Below, one piece after another: positions 62,773 through 64,000 of a DNA stretch of 64,000 bases. Both the position numbers and the translations under genes were made by a program. Within the stretch, counting starts at the first letter, position 1. Each line of letters starts with the position of its first letter. This DNA comes from Opitutales bacterium (GTDB lineage Bacteria > Verrucomicrobiota > Verrucomicrobiia > Opitutales > Coraliomargaritaceae). The notes beneath the pieces are model-generated. The model ran no database searches and was not told the origin of the DNA. It saw only the letters and a program-made list of their open reading frames with translations. The DNA lies in NCBI GenBank assembly GCA_049598495.1, contig JBMYNR010000003.1, positions 33,569-97,568 of the forward strand, given 5' to 3'.

Positions 62773-62801
62773 AGCATTTGCGGCCTCGATTACCCTGTCA
62801 A
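62773..62801 (-). promoter_or_regulatory. Sigma70-type promoter upstream of the leuA leader
   Basis: Minus strand TTGACA-17 nt-AATGCT. Confidence 0.5.
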
Positions 62802-62879
62802 GCGTAGCCTCACGGGGTGCATGCGACGGCCCACTTGAGCCTTGTTACAGAGAGAAATAGCCATCATTTTATCATCGCT

Positions 62880-63446
62880 GTGACAGATCATACCACTCTA
62901 CTCAAAGGCCGGACCATCCTACTGGGAGTTACTGGCTCCATTGCGGCTTACAAAGCGGCCGATATCACCAGCCGTTTGACCGAGGCGGGGGCTTCAGTCT
63001 TTCCCATCTTGACGGCGGGGGCCTGCAACCTGATTCAGCCACTGACTTTAGAGACGCTAGCTCGCAACCCGGCGGTTTCCAGTCTCTGGAATGAGGGCGA
63101 GGGCTGGCAGCCAGGACATATCGATTTGGCCGACCAAGCGGATCTTCTGCTCGTAGCGCCCGCGACGGCCCACTGTGTCGCCCAGTTTGCACAGGGACTC
63201 GCATCGGACCTACTGACCTCGATTCATTTAGCCACGCAGGCTCCGGTCATGATCGCACCTGCTATGAATGGAAAGATGCTGGCGCACCCCGCCACTCAAG
63301 CAAATATCGAGACACTGCAGGAGCGCGGTTATCATTTTATCCAGCCCGCCGAGGGCATGCTGGCCTGTGGTTACGAAGGTGTGGGAAAGCTGGCACCCGT
63401 TGAGACCATCGTGGAACAGGTGATCGCCTTTTTTCAGGAATCATAG
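62880..63446 (+). CDS. coaC: Stand-alone phosphopantothenoylcysteine decarboxylase (CoaC flavoprotein)
   Basis: GVTGSIAAYKA, HIDLA, APATA, APAMN..M, LACG..G.GKL; ends at about 188 aa with no CoaB domain. Confidence 0.88.
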   Translation: MTDHTTLLKGRTILLGVTGSIAAYKAADITSRLTEAGASVFPILTAGACNLIQPLTLETLARNPAVSSLWNEGEGWQPGHIDLADQADLLLVAPATAHCVAQFAQGLASDLLTSIHLATQAPVMIAPAMNGKMLAHPATQANIETLQERGYHFIQPAEGMLACGYEGVGKLAPVETIVEQVIAFFQES

Positions 63447-63509
63447 TCCGGAGTTGTGAGCACCTCGCTAGTGCACTCACCAATGCGACAGTCTTTATGC
63501 AATCGGCTC

Positions 63510-64000
63510 TAGTGTGGTGTCAGCGAAATAACCTACATTAGAACTTGTACGCTGATTCCGGATGATTATGTTCTGATGAATGGAACAACGAGGCCGCAAA
63601 GTATCACCGATTCAACTGACTGATGAAGAACTGGAGCATCTTGGCAAACTGCTCAGACGTCGTAATTTGCCGAATGGGGAAGCACGTCGAGCCAAAGCGC
63701 TGATGCGCATGTATGAGGGAGCGAACAACAAAACCATCGCTGAAGAGTTGGGTGTGTGCAACCACACGGTAGGCATTTGGCGCAAACGCTTTGCTGCGGA
63801 ACGCTTACAAGGTATCAGCGAGCTACCTCGAAGTGGTGCTCCCCGCACGATTGGCGATGAGAAGGTTCAGCAGGTCGTTACCATGACATTGGAGGAGAAG
63901 CCCGAGGATGCGACCCATTGGAGCACGCGCTCGATGGCCAAGCGTTGCGGTTTATCTCACGATAGCGTCTCGCGTATATGGAAAGCCTTCGGCCTTGCTC
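63510..64000 (+). mobile_element. IS630-family insertion sequence (left end and 5' part), truncated by the window edge
   Basis: Begins at TA within CTAG (TA-GTGTGGTGTCAGCGAAATAACC...) and is followed by a transposase ORF. Confidence 0.85.
63580..64000 (+). CDS. IS630 family transposase (N-terminal part; not in the ORF track because it has no stop in the window)
   Basis: MEQRGRKVSPIQLTDEE...IAEELGV...TVGIWRKRF...PRSGAPRTI...KPEDATHWSTRSMAKRCGLS..SVSRIWKAFGL. Confidence 0.92.
   Translation, partial: MEQRGRKVSPIQLTDEELEHLGKLLRRRNLPNGEARRAKALMRMYEGANNKTIAEELGVCNHTVGIWRKRFAAERLQGISELPRSGAPRTIGDEKVQQVVTMTLEEKPEDATHWSTRSMAKRCGLSHDSVSRIWKAFGLA

Noticed and set aside
62568..62777. 70-aa N-terminal extension of LeuA given by the ORF track
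   Set aside because: LeuA similarity begins at MQQGKITKY (62567), and the upstream ATG overlaps the predicted -10 element.

Overview
A gene-dense chromosomal window, mostly housekeeping. The PEP-CTERM tail style, Bat operon and gene complement suggest a Verrucomicrobiota (Opitutae, Coraliomargarita-like) bacterium; this is inference. Core genes include ptsH, yicC, aroE, tilS-ftsH, speA, gcvH, mutY, a GspE/PilB ATPase, rpsO-pnp, an lptF/G permease, htpG, msrB, a carboxy(nor)spermidine dehydrogenase, tRNA-Gly(GCC), a sigma54 response regulator, leuA and a stand-alone coaC. A moxR-DUF58-batA/B(C)/D/E cluster runs straight into a Fur/PerR-like regulator and sufC-sufB-sufD-sufT. Accessory or less understood content includes an uncharacterised operon of three exported proteins (PDZ-less trypsin-like protease, DUF3352-like protein, FG-GAP/VCBS repeat protein), a SET-domain gene, two PIN-type toxin-antitoxin pairs (one antitoxin apparently 5'-truncated), an aldo-keto reductase pseudogene, and an IS630 element cut by the window end. 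Features not in the ORF track include a group IIC intron 3' remnant (domains V-VI) near the tRNA, a candidate three-way-junction rpsO leader, palindromic operators before the fur-suf genes, a sigma54 promoter before the PEP-CTERM gene, a possible leaderless uORF before leuA, nested REP/REPIN-like repeats, a recurrent MITE-like terminus and many intergenic 6-8-mer tandem repeats. No CRISPR array or rRNA was seen. All family assignments come from motif recognition by eye; no database searches were run.
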